Source: Takakia lepidozioides (Eukaryota; Plantae; Bryophyta). From it: a DNA stretch of 64,000 nucleotides. A program made the translations under genes and the position numbers. The DNA lies in NCBI GenBank assembly GCA_030704615.1, contig CM060732.1, forward strand, positions 41,850,001 to 41,914,000, given 5' to 3'. Below the pieces are notes generated by a model. The model ran no database searches. It was not told where the DNA came from and saw only the letters and a program-made list of their open reading frames with translations. This document shows, in pieces, positions 35,521 to 48,176 of the stretch (positions are counted from its first letter, which is position 1; each line of letters opens with the position of its first letter).

Positions 35521-37588
35521 TCAGAGAACTCCCTTCTCCATGTGTTTCTTTAGTTTACTCGTTTGGGCCTTTGACTCTGGAGGTGGCCTGAACGATATTT
35601 GAGCTGCCCACTGGCGAGTTGGGCGCGGTCTCCTGTTCCATCCATCCTGAAAATTGGCTATGAAGTGTTGAGAGTTTTCTTCTTTCATCTTGAGATATAA
35701 TCTGCTCATGTTCTCTCCTTTTGTGGCTCCATTTATACTGGCCTGGAGCACTAGGGAAGCAGCCCTTGACTTCTTCTCACTGTCTTCATACTTCAAGGCA
35801 AGTATTTGACGAATAAAGCTCTGTGTGAGGACTGTAGTTTTACACTGACTAATTGATCCTGTTCGCCACCTATGTATCTAATAAAGTTTCGTCTTCAAAA
35901 TCAGCAGTGAAATAGTGTGGACACTCTGCCTTTATGTGCTACTTCCCGCGGCTCGACTATTCATGGCCAAATTACAACTGGTAACCTGGCTATGTTCACA
36001 GCTTTTGCCAAAGCGGCCCAACGACAACCAAGTGGGTGAAGCTTCAAGTGTGAGATGTTGCGAGGTTGCGTACCTGATTGTGCAGAGGTTCAGAAAACCA
36101 TCCCTCTGCACATCCAAAAATCCAAACCAATTAAGCGCGATTTCACTCTCAAGCTACAAGGGTGGTTATAACTAGGTTGTAAGGGGAGTTATAATATAAT
36201 GGCCCATAATCAGGTGTTCTACAGGATGATGCTCTCATGGATACATGTGTTCACAGGGTAATGATTTTCTCTCTTATCTCCGGCTGTAGGGAAAATCCCA
36301 CAATGGCCAACAACTGACTCCGGAATATGGTATCAATAATACAAAAGGCGGCAGTGTTTTACCATGACTCCCCAGAGCTTGTAGGTATGTGCTCCTGCAG
36401 AAATGTGTCTGTAAAATGTTATGTGCTACTGTGGCCTTGAGATATCAACAGCAGTGAAGAGTAACGCACCAAATTGTCCACCACCTGTCCGTAGGTAGCC
36501 TCTCTTGAGTCAGCCCTGCCAGGCAACACCAAGGCATTATGTTGTGAATTAGGCTGATGACAAATATTTTACTGCTAAATTGGTGTTATACCTATCTGTA
36601 CCAGCTGATACAATGATCTCCTCATTTAAAAGTATCCATAGAGGGGTAGATGGCAAACAATTGGCATTTTATTTTCTAACCTCCTCTCATTGCTCGCGTT
36701 TAGCTTGAACAGCTGGCTGAGATGCTGTTTGCCATGAAGGAGGGATGAATAATTCCCCAGCTAGCAATCTGATGCCAAAAGCAAATCAATTTCAAATAGA
36801 CACCTCTTATATATGACCATCTTTTCCCCTTTCAGCTCCAGGGATTGCAGGTCCTCTGGCCTTTTATATGCATAACATCTTAAGAAGGGTGAATTCAGCA
36901 ATTGACACACTTGACAAGAAGTGGATTATCTTCCACTCCAAGGGGCTCTGTAGGGATCATGTGGCTTCTAGTCCCCATAATCAGACTGATCTGACATCTA
37001 TGTGTAGGTGGTATTTTATTTGTACATTTAAAAGGGGTTTCTGGTGTCTTTGAAATGGCTTAGTCAGCACACATCTCAGACTATTCACACCATATTTATC
37101 TGTGCAAACCTTCAACCATAGATATTTTGCGACGACCAACCAAGAATCTCAGCAACTGATGCCCCACAGATTGCATCAAAGTGCAGTCTACTTAGCTTAG
37201 TTATGGATGGTTGCATCCGATGAACAATTCAAGTTGACCATGAACAGTTTGAGAAGGGAGAGACCGAAATCGCAGAGTGGGAGCGAGGGACACGGATATA
37301 ATAGGAACCAGGGGTACGCGAACAAGCAGAGTTATGGAAGGTACCGGAACTCACAACAACAGTGGATGAAGATGGCGTTATGCGGTTTCTAAGAACAAAG
37401 ACAGCAGAGCGAACACATAGGCATAGACAAAGGAGATACACTGGTAGATAACACCTGAACTGCAAAGCTCCGACCAAGTCTTCTCCCGTACCCGGTGCAC
37501 TGACTTTCACATCCAAGACATCGCCATAGCTACAAACTCCTACAGACCAGCCTCTTCCTCTTCCTCTTCCTCTTCCATCTGCAGCCAT
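35521..37588 (-). CDS. Putative spliced orphan gene of unknown function (~225 aa)
   Basis: Phase-consistent GT-AG exons 37588-37455, 36515-36485, 36394-36363, 36171-36128, 36073-35986 and 35869-35521 give an open frame with an N-terminal GRGRGRGRG. There is no recognised domain, one intron is only 54 nt, and splice sites were chosen by eye. Confidence 0.4.
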
Positions 37589-38043
37589 CAAAGCATTGAC
37601 GCATTCACAAGAATCGCGTGGAAGCAACTCATCAATCTCGTCATTGGAAATCGCGGGAAAAGGATCGTCTACAGGGAGATAGGGCACCCGGTCCGGTGTT
37701 CAATTCCTGGATAGTCTAAAACATTTCCCTAGCATATTGAAATTAGGTCTAGCTCCTCGGATAAACTTCTAAGAGGTTAGCGGGCCGATCCCACGTCTCT
37801 TTCTCACTTTTGTCGTAGTTAGCATTTTGCCGACAGAATGAAGGCTCAACGTTTTCCGACTTTGGTAGTCTCCCTCTCAGTTTGTGAGACTGTCTCTTCT
37901 CTGTCTCTTGCAGTCAAAGTGTGAATCTGACTCTGCTTGCCTTGTTTCACCTCAAGTTTGTACCCCCTTCCTTTCTTACGCTACATTCATAAACCTTCCC
38001 TTTCCAGTCACAGAGGAGAGGGAGGCAAGTGGGTTGGGTGGAG

Positions 38044-38483
38044 ATGAACGCGACCAGGGGCATTGCAGAGGCCGCGGCGCGCATCTTCGGTAATGTCATA
38101 GGAAATGGGATGCGATCGGGGCATAAGGTTTTGCGAGCCAAGCTTACCGGGGAGAAGATTTTGGGGTGGTACCCTACCCCCATTCAGAAGTTGGACCCCA
38201 TGTACGAAGATCCAAAGGAAAAACGGTGCGCTCCTTTCTCTCCCTCCTCCTGTCTCTCTTTTCTTGTTTTCACTCAATGCTGGAATTGTGTATTCTGGGT
38301 GAAGTGAAATGCAACGTATGTTTAAGCGAAGGAAGCTATGTCAAAGATGTGCGAGGTACGCCTGACAGTCGTTTGTGGATTGGATCTGGCAGACGTTTGG
38401 TGAAGCTGGAAAGATTGAAGCGGCGGGGCAAGGGCCCACCCAAAAAGGGCCATGGGAAACGTGCTGCCAAGCGTAGCAAGTAG
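38044..38483 (+). CDS. MRPS33: Mitochondrial small ribosomal subunit protein mS33 (Rsm27-like), 2 exons
   Basis: Exons 38044-38225 and 38393-38483: ARIFGNVIGNGMRSGHKVLRAKLTGEKILGWYP...RRLVKLERLKRRGKGPPKKGHGKRA. Confidence 0.9.
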
Positions 38484-39582
38484 CCCTATCAGTGTAGCGT
38501 TTTCTTGGGTACTACAGTCTTTGTAGAAGTCTGATCTCGATGCAGAGATGTGAGAGGTGGTCCTTGGAAGGATCGTTCTGCTAGCCCTCGTTACTTACAG
38601 CTAAAAGAGATGCAGGGCTTGTCGCAGGAATGCAATTGTGGACTGCACGAGGAATCGAGAACCTTTTGTATATTCTATCCCCCTGAAATTTGTTAATGGA
38701 AAGCATCACTTGTTCACAGCTGCATGTTGATTGCAACTGTATACCCTTACAAACAAATGCAAGCCTTCTTTGAAGCTTTATCACAAAAGGGAAGAGATTT
38801 GAAAAATTCGGCCTCAATGAAATGCCCACTAAAACACACAAATATGGGAAACTTGTTTAGCAAACCGCCACAATTTGGGAAAGCCAACACTCCCTGGCGG
38901 TTCTATGCTTCACACCATGGACGTACTTAGTTTTCATGGTGTGAATCTCGGCATGGAAAAGTTAGTACCCTAGCCTCGTCTGCACGTTCAGCCAGTGTAT
39001 CAATTTCATTCAGTCGTCTTCACCCATTTGCTCGAACAAATATCCATAGGTTAACAATTCCGGTTTTGCAATAGATTGATGGCATCTCGTATGTCGATAG
39101 CTGCCATATATCCGAAAAAACTACGACCATTTGCAATCTTTCGAGCAAACCCCGAAGATCGAGCCAGATGGTGAATATAGAGAGTGAAAGGGTGAACCTG
39201 TTGAGCAGGCGCAACATCCCCATTGACAAAGACTTCCATTTGTGACACCAAAAATGAAGACACCGCCATGCTTGTTCGTCTTCTCTCATGTTGGTGCACT
39301 CCCGCCCTCGCCATCGACTTCCACCTCATTTGCTACTTCCACTCCCTGTAGAAATTTTTTCCCACCAGTGAACTGTGAATCTGGTCTCAAGAAAATAGAC
39401 GTGGTTAGCTCTGCTGTATGGGTACAAACTCTCGTGGGTATTGAGCAATTCGGGATTGTGGACATCACTCGGGGAGTGTGATATATGCTCACTACAGATC
39501 CCTCACTACCAATCACCCATATTTGGAAAGCTCCCTGCACCTACCGTGCGTGAGCTTGCGATTGTGATCGTAGCTTGCAGCC

Positions 39583-40948
39583 ATGGGGTAAGATTCTGGA
39601 ATTTCATATTGTGTTGATTAGGATAATTGCTCGTGATTTTAGTCGGGATTGTACCGAGTGTTTGTACTTCCAAAGTCTCTTTGAAGCAATTGAAGACTAC
39701 ATCTCATGGTGGAATGTAAAATCACCTATGGTGGTAGGAGTCTCCTCAATGAATACGTCTGCCACTTGGACGATGCTTCACAACATGAGGGTGAATGCTG
39801 TCTTCTCTTGCGGCTTCTGCTGGTGATGCTTCTTTCGGCGAGGCTTATGCTTTTGTCTCTATGAATCCTAAACTTAGGCCCATCAGGATCGCCTTTGGAC
39901 TATTTTGAGCCGAGGAAACCTTTTGCAAAATTATTAAGCTAGTTTCCTCCTCTCGATTTGTTTTTCTCCACGCCTATTTCTAGTCTTGGCTAGGTTGTGG
40001 GACTGTCGTCATGGAATCACGGATCGAGAATGGAGGCCACCCACGACTTCCAGATTCTAAAGTCAGTGCACAAATGCTAGAGAAGACCCTGTTTTCCTCG
40101 TGATAACTGCTAGCACAGAACTGTGCCTAAATGTCCGTCCCACAATTTGGTAGTGCCTCTTTTAGATGTTTTCCATTTTGCACTGGGTGCCCAATAGAAC
40201 TCTGCGGTTCACTACTCTAGTGAAATAACTCTCTGTGATTAAACTGGATTTCACCTGAAGTACCAAGACTCTCAGATTGAGCTTGGTGTAGCTGTCCAGG
40301 GGGCATTTTAGGACTGGTCCTGATCTGTTCAGAGCAGGTTGAACCTGAAGAGTAGTTGACCTCAATTGCAATCTAAATTACGAGCCAAATATATGGCTTG
40401 GACTTGTATCAGGGTTCCTTGTGTGCGGTTATCCAGATGCCATACTTATCTTCAAGCTGAGACACATGTTCTTTGTGAATTTTTAGTATAGTTTTCTCTC
40501 ATACATTATTTGTGTTGGTAAGTTCTTTTAAGTGCGTCTGTTCAATTAGATCAGACAGCAACCTCTGCTAGTGTAGCAATACAGAATTGTGCTGTCAAAA
40601 GGTTGTGTGATCTGGTTGCTGATTTTTCTCCAACTGTAATGCAGAAAATAGTGCTCACTTTGAATGAGGGTGCTTTGACAAAATCTAAATCCCTTGCTCT
40701 GACTATATGCCTGCACACTGTCCACTACTTGCCTTGATTTTTCCAAAATTAAGCAAAGGTAGAGTGCTAAATCTTTTCACTTTCTGGAGCAGGAAGACAC
40801 GAGGAATGGGAGCAGGGCGTAAGCTTAAGAACTACCGACGAGCGCAGCTGTGGGCTGACTTGTCCTACAAGCAGAGTCACTTCGGTAATGAGTGGAAGAA
40901 GCCCTTTGCAGGCTCTTCACATGCCAAGGGCATTGTCCTTGAGAAAAT
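39583..40948 (+). pseudogene. RPS23: Truncated, diverged 40S ribosomal protein S23 (uS12) gene; only exons 1-2 present
   Basis: Exon 1 ATGGG|GTAAG at 39583-39587. Exon 2 at 40793-40948 reads [51 protein letters not shown]. No GIEAKQPNSAIRKC exon was found downstream. Confidence 0.8.
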
Positions 40949-41200
40949 GTGAGATAGTTTTTTGACGTAGCTCAAATTATTGCTAACAGTTAGAAAGTGA
41001 GGTGTGCAGTAATTTAGCGTTAGGCACAGCCCTACTGGTTGTATGAGATGAATAATATTCAAGATTTGTATCAGGTAGCAGTTCATGTCAGACCTCATTT
41101 TGCAGCGTGGTGGAGACAATCACCGTTAATTCCTGAAGAGATCTGTATTTCTGTCCATGTCACAAAGAAAGAGGGTCTGGACAGTGAATCTGATGATGAC

Positions 41201-41527
41201 TGTCATGCAACCCGCCCATAGCCTTTACCTTACTTCATATGAATGACTCCAAAAGAAGTTGTAAAGGAGGGTTCCATGGGGAAGACACTTTGTATGTTGA
41301 TTGCTGATAGAGTTGATGACAACAGACCTGCTCTAGACAACTTTGCTCTAGGTGGCTGAAGGTGGAGCTCACTAATGGAGTCTCAAAGGGGCCTGAAACT
41401 GTGCAGAGTTAGATTTTATGGCCATAAGTAGATGGCCAGTCATGCTGTGTCTGTAATCAAAGTTTTCTGGTATGGGAGGGCTTGGGCCTCCTCCTCGCAG
41501 GGCCCCCTTGGAATGTAGCTTGTGACA
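41201..41527. mobile_element. LTR-like segment
   Basis: TGTCA...TGACA ends; a 35-bp internal segment (ggagggttccatgg..aagacac.tttgtatgttga) recurs at about 42291; no TSD. Confidence 0.35.
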
Positions 41528-43454
41528 CTCAGTTGCCTTTTAATCTGGCACATGGGGAGTTCCTGGGCTTTTGTAAAGACAGAAGCTTGATGCTCAGCCA
41601 TCGTTGATTTCAGTCTCCTTGCCTGTGGTCTAGCTTGATGCCATATATTTGGGATTTATGTACTTGGTGTGTCCTTATCACAGGTTTGCTGAAGACCGAT
41701 TGAAGGAACATTCAAGAGGTGAGTATTCAGCTTGTACATCCCCCTTCCTCTGGTCTGGAGTTGAAGTCCCATTGAGCCCTGTTATTAGTCCAAGTGAAGG
41801 ACAGGTGGGGAGAGTCAGCCAAGTGGAACTTCTTGAACTGTCTGAACAGCAGCCTATATCGAGAGATAGCTGACCCTTTCCTCCCTGCTTCTGTTTGCTG
41901 TTCAAAGGAGGGGGATAGAGAGAGAGAGAATCTACTCGTAAGACTACGTTTGTTGGAATAGCTTTACATTTGTCTGATAGTCCTACTCCATAGTCATCAG
42001 GAAGGTCAGGGCCACCATAGTCGTATCATAAGTAGAGAGAATCTTCTGTTTACTGTTCAAAGGAGAGGGAGAGAATCCTCAAATTTATTTTAAAAGCCAC
42101 AACATCTAAGATGTATTTTGACATGTTATTATACATCATCTGATAGAGATCGCCGCGTTGATCTGAGAGATGACGTGTTTGGAGGGGTTGGATGAGGTAG
42201 CATTCCCTCCGTTGCTCTGGGGTAAGGGTAGGCTCCTCTCTTTGCTGCGGAGTAAGCCAATGCTGCTGCATGCGCTAGCTGGAGGGTAAAGGAGGGTTCC
42301 ATGGAGAAGACACCTTTGTATGTTGAGAGGGAGAGAGCAAGCAACGCAGGGAGGAACAAGGTGGATCACTGACAGTATCATGTATGTACTCCAAAATGAG
42401 TTGATGGTCTTATTCCAACTTACAGGCCCTAAGCCAGATCTCTTCATTGCAGCTTCCTTCTTGCTCACAGACAGATTTGTCTTTTGAGTTGTCTTTGTTT
42501 TTATAGTTGTACTTTGTCACTTGGATCTTTTGGGTCTCTCGCGGATGTTTAAAGGTTCTCTCTTTCTGTTTTCCTCTCTTGGGGGTTCCCCGTACGCATC
42601 TTTCACATTTCTTTTCTAAGTCCTCTCTACTACCAAATCTCAGGCTGCTACTTTCTACCCTTCTAGAGGCAACTTGTTGGCCACAAGTCTGTCTGTGGCC
42701 TCAAGTGGTCTTATGATGATCGAGAGCTTGCTTCTGGGGGGAATGACAATCAGCTATTTGTCTGGAATCCAGCAATCAACCCAACCTGTGGTGAAGTTTA
42801 GTGAATACTGCAGCAGTGAAGGCCCTTGCTTGGTCACCACATCAGCATGGCTTGCTAGCTTCGGCAGGGCGATTACAGGGTTAACAGAGGTGGTCATGTA
42901 TAGGGAAAAGCCGGGCAGAACAGAGTGAAGCTCAACATGCAAGAGCTTTAAAGGCCACCTGAGATTCAGAGTCTGTTTGTTTGCTTCAGTGGTTTGGATG
43001 CTCTGTCATGTGTCAGATTTGTAAGTTTGCTAGATGCAGTTCCTAGTGGATACTTCATGTTTCATTCCATTTGTCAGATACTGTCCTTTTTCGTATCTCC
43101 TGTCTCGAATCATCCAACTTTTTGTCAGTAAGTCAAATTCTTCTGTCTTTCCAAGCAGTGCTACAGATTGGTAGTAACTATGAGTTATGCAATCACCTTC
43201 TCTTCTGCCTTGGATGGTTCCAAGGTTGATTTCTGGGACTGTTAGCAGACTCTATTGGAATATATGAGATTGATGTGACAGTGACAATGTCCTTGACTGT
43301 ATCTCTTCTTTGTTAGGGCTGCTGGTGGAGGGCCCTTCTTTCTTTTTTGTTTCTTGCTTTCTCCTGTCCCAGAAGCCGTTTGACCTTTCCAGGATGTTAT
43401 AGAGTACAATTTTTTCTCTGTTCCTTCTCTTTATTCTTTGTGACTGCTTGGAAT

Positions 43455-44660
43455 AACATTGAAGTCACCCAATAAGATCACCTGACCTTTGGCGAGGAAC
43501 TTAGCACAGTGCAGCTTTACGTCTTCGAAGGCTCTGTCTGCGTCAGCACTAAGGGTCCCCTCTGTGGGCATGTAAACACAACCCACAGAGAGGTCCTTCA
43601 TATTCACGCCGGCCTTCAGTTTCAGTTCTAGCCAAATACTGTGCTCACACCTCAAACCCCTGTTGATAATTTCACAATTGTCACACAAGAAATCACGGAC
43701 AAACAATCCAACCCCTTTTTGACCACGTTTGGCAGAGGCTGCCTTAAGAGTGCAAATCTTACCAATCCATTTATAACCATTGACATCCAGTTTGTCCGGA
43801 GTTTCCCATGTCTCTTACCCAGCACAAATATGAATATCATTTGCCCGAAGACCTTGTCCCACTTCGAGTTGTTTCCTTTGGTTAGTCAGCCATAAGAAAT
43901 TGAAACTGCCCAGCCGCAAGCCAGCCTTTTGCATGTGAATTGTTTGTCGTCTAGGTAGCCTATGGTTGTTCCTGGGCGGCCAACCATTCTGCAAAGGGGG
44001 GAGAATAACCCCGTGTGTAGATTTTGCTCGTCTTGTGTAAACTTTAAGGATTGGTAAATCATTCAGAGTACCAAATCCTTCAGTGACAGCTGCGGCAGGA
44101 ATTCGTCTCAGATCCTTTACAATGGTGGGACAACAGGTTGGATAAGGTGAGGCTGTTTCCATTTAGGATGCAAAACCTTTTGTAAGGATGGCTTATGATC
44201 AAAGCTGGCTGTTTTGTTGCACTGTTTTGTATATTCAGTTTCCTTCTATAGTTTTGCTCTTCATCGTGAGAATGCAGCAAAAGCAAATCTCTCTTGGCAT
44301 GAGTAAGTTTATTTTCCATGTTACTAAGACAAGATAGCCGGTTATCCATGGGTGTTCCCATTATTGAAAAGTCTTTGAGCTTTTGTGTGTAGCCTTTCTA
44401 CCCTAGGCTGTGCTTGAAGATATGCTGCTCAGTTGGCCACTTGCGACTTTCACAGAGAAGTCCAAGATCCCCGAACTTCAGACATAAGTGCACACAGGAG
44501 CTCCTTTGGCTTGAAAGTTGGTTGAACCCTCCTCGGATGAAGGCAAAGCTAGGTGCCATGATAAAAGGTCCAGCACTATCTGGTGATGGTTCTAATATCG
44601 ATGTAAACAATGGAGCTCCAGGCAGAGAATACAGCCGGTATTGTTTCGATGAGGACCTCA
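43455..44660 (-). mobile_element. 5' fragment of a LINE with AP-endonuclease (possibly RTEX/L2-like), degenerate
   Basis: LRLGSFN...ICAG*ETW...GYKWIG...KGVGLFVR...SIWLEL...VGCVYMP...VILLGDFN at 43455-43930, with an upstream ORF1-like remnant. Confidence 0.75.
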
Positions 44661-44669
44661 AATTCCTAA

Positions 44670-47481
44670 CCCAAACAGTTGGAATTAGAAGAGTTTATTC
44701 TCAAGGTAGAGTTTTGGAACATTGTTTGTATATAGCAAGAAGGTTATCCCTACGGATTCATCTTGCTGTGAAGTTCTACCAGCTTTGAGATGTACAATAT
44801 GAGTTTGAATCTACAGGTTGTAACAGAGAGTCTTGACAATGCAGAGAGGCAGGTTTGAATCAGTCCCAGTTGTTTGTTGGACATCAGACTGACAACAGGG
44901 GCAGCACCTACACTATCACCACTGCTTTTCACAGCGGACAAATAGAGGCAGCCAACAAGAGTTCTTCTTGCACTTGTGCGGAAGTGAGGACACTATGTAA
45001 GGCAGGATAATTGAAAGAGGCGTTGCACGTTCTGAACCAGCCAGGCATTCAGGCAGACTTCAAGACTTGTGTCTGTCTCTTGCAAGAGTGCATCAGCATG
45101 AAGAACCTAACACAAGGAAGGCAGGTGCACACCCACATCATCGAAACTGGATTCAAGCCAAACATGTTTTTACTCATGTATGTCAAGTGTGGCAGCTTGG
45201 TAGATGCACGCCAAGTGTTTGACATAATGCATGAACGAAATTTGTTTACGTGGACTATAATGGTGGCAGGATATGCCAAGCGTGGGTGTATTAGGGAGGC
45301 TTTTGAGATCTATAAGCAAATGCAACAGGAAGGAGTGACACCCGACAAAGTCACATTCACTTGCATTCTCAATGTGTGTGCCAGCCTAGGAGCCCTGGGA
45401 AAGGGCAAAGAGGTTCATGCAGACATCATCAAAGCTGGAATTGTGTCGGATATTATTCTGGACACTGCCCTTGCTAATATGTATACCAAATGTGGGAGTA
45501 TAAAGGATGCACGTCAAGTGTTCGACACAATGGCTCAACAAAGTGTAGTCTCATGGAATACCATGATCGCAGGATATGCTCAGCATGGATGTACTAAGGA
45601 GGCTCTTGAGATCTATGAGCAAGTTCAACAGGAAGGGTTGACACCTGACAGGGTCACCTTCACTTGCATTCTCAACACATGTGCTAGCCTCGGAACCCTA
45701 GAAAAGGGCAAAGAGATCCATGCTGACATCATCAAAGCTGAAATTGCAACAGACATTCTTCTGGACACTGCCCTTGTTAAACATGTATGCCAAATGTGGG
45801 AGTATGAAGGATGCCCATCAAGTGTTCGACAATATGGCGCAACGAAGTGTGGTATCATGGAACACTATAATTGGAGGGTATTCTCAGCATGGGTGTGGTA
45901 GGGAGGCTTTGAAGATCTATGCGCAAATGCAACAGGAAGGGGTAAGGCCAGACAGGGTCACATTCATTTCTGTTATCAATGCGTGTGCTAGCCTAACTGA
46001 CCTGGAAAAGGGCAAAGAAGTCCATGCTGACATTGTCGAAGCTGGGATTGAGTCTTATCTTAATTTGGAGACTGCCCTTGTTGACATGTATGCCAAATGT
46101 GGGAGCATGAATGATGCGCATCAAGTGTTTGACAATATGGCTGAACGAAATGTGGTCTCATGGAGTGCAATGATCACAGGGTATGCTCAGCACAGATGTG
46201 AGGTGGAGGCTTTCAAGATCTACGAGCAAATGCAACAAGAAGGGGTGACGCCTAACAGGGTCACTTTCACTTGCGCACTCTATGCTTGTGCCGGACTAGG
46301 AGTCTTGGAACAGGGGGAAAAGGTCCATGCTGACATCATTAAAGCTGGAATTGATGGAGATAAAATTCTCGAGACTGCCCTTGTTAACATGTATGCCAAA
46401 TGTGGGAGCATGAAGGATGCCCATCAGGTTTTTGACAACATGGCTCAAAAAAATGTGGTGTCATGGAGTGCGATGATTGCAGGATATGTCCAGCATGGGT
46501 GTGGTAGGGAGGCTTTTGAGATCTATGAGCAAATGCAATGGGAAGGGGTGACGTCCGACAAGGTCACGTTTATTTGTGCTGTCAATGCTTGTGCCTGCCT
46601 AGGAGCCTTGGAAAAGGGCAAAAAAGTCCATGCGGACATCGTCAAAGCTGGAACTGGGCCAGATATTATTCTGGAGAATACCCTTGTTGATATGTATGCA
46701 AAATGTGGGAGTGTGAAGGATGCCCGTCAAGTATTTGACAATATGGCTCAACAAGATGTGGTCTCATGGAACGCAATGATGGCAGGATATTCTCAGCATG
46801 GTAAGGAGTCCCTGCAACTTTTTGAACAGATGCAACAGGAAGGCTGGAAGCCAGACAGCATTACCTTCATATCCCTTCTCTATGGTTGCAGCCATGTGGG
46901 CCTAGTGGAGGAATGTCATCACTACTTTGATTCCATGAGTCGAGATCATGGCCTCACTCCTACAATGGAGCATTTTGGCTGCATGGTGGACCTTCTTGGA
47001 CGGGCAGGGAGATTGGATGAGGCAGAGGATTTCATCAAGAAAATGCCAATCAACCCAGATGCTTCGGTGTGGGGGGCATTGCTTGGTGCTTGCAATATTC
47101 ATTCCAATGTCAAGTTAGCAGAGCGCGTGGCAAAATATATTCTTAAATGTGATACACAGAATGCTGCAGCTTATGTTCTACTATCAAACATACATACTGC
47201 AGCTGGCAAGTGGGATGATAAAGCAAACATGAGAGAAGCACTGGATAACGAAGGAGGTAGGTTGCAGCTGCATTGAGGTGGGCAACTGGGTGCATATAAT
47301 CAAAGAGAAGAACAGCCCTGCAGTGACAGTCAGAGTAGGGGTGTCTAGTGTTGTTGGTCAGCTGCATGATGGTGATCACCATGCATCAAATGTTGGTGGG
47401 AAAGAGCACAGCAGGACCAAACATAGGCCTTCTAAGCATGAAATACTGGTTATTAAGGATGGATCAAGTAGTGAAAAGTGA
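44670..47481 (+). pseudogene. PLS-E class PPR pseudogene (organellar RNA-editing factor type), no DYW domain
   Basis: About 6 P-L-S triplets (~101-aa period), E1/E2 (VDLLGRAGRLDEA..WGALLGAC..YVLLSNI) and a PG-box remnant KEVGCSCIEV in a shifted frame (about 47245-47300). In-frame stops lie at 44786, 44834 and 45008, with a +1 frameshift at about 45780. Confidence 0.9.
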
Positions 47482-48176
47482 ACTGAGTGAGCAAGAAGCA
47501 TAAACATCTTTCCTCTCACCATCACAGTCGACATCTACTCATCAGACTGCTAATGCAATTCCCAATTTTCTTTTGTAGTGAGCCACCACAATTAAGAAGC
47601 CTGGAGGTTTTGGAGAGTCTCCAGAGTGAGGAATGCAGAATAGGAACTGTTTATTTTTTTGGCACAAGCCTTCACTAGAACTGTTACATGACACAGCTAG
47701 ACCGCTCACCATGGACCGTAGATAGAAGAATCTAAGAGGCAACCCTTTCATACAAAAACATTCCCAGTAGCATTTCCTTTCTCTCAAAATCTTCCAATAG
47801 CAACCCCACCCCACTGTCTTCCTTCCACACCGAAGCCGAGTTTTCACCCAGCCGAGTGGAATGAGAAGACCTTGCCAGTGAAGATCAATGTAATTGAGTA
47901 ATACTCACATTGACTAAAAAGGGAAGAAACTACTATCATGACACAATAAAGTTGATCTTTTCCGAATCCAGCCTCTCCCATCTTGGCTGTCAGTCACCAA
48001 TGTATCTCAACCAAGCACATTGATCAATGTCCTTTGCACAAACATCACAAATAGGAAAAAACCCCTCATGAAGCACATGATAAGATTTAATCAAAGTCTG
48101 CCATTTGGGGAAGGTACAATGATCAAAGCAATCGTAGAATAAGACAACACAACAGATGTGAGACAGATCTTGGATT

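Noticed and set aside
38950-39900. Minus-strand ORFs and exon-like segments overlapping the RPS23 promoter
   Set aside because: Could not assemble a stop-free spliced frame or recognise a domain
44786-45010. PPR stop codons rescued by U-to-C editing
   Set aside because: Such editing is organellar, and the gene also has frameshifts and a deletion
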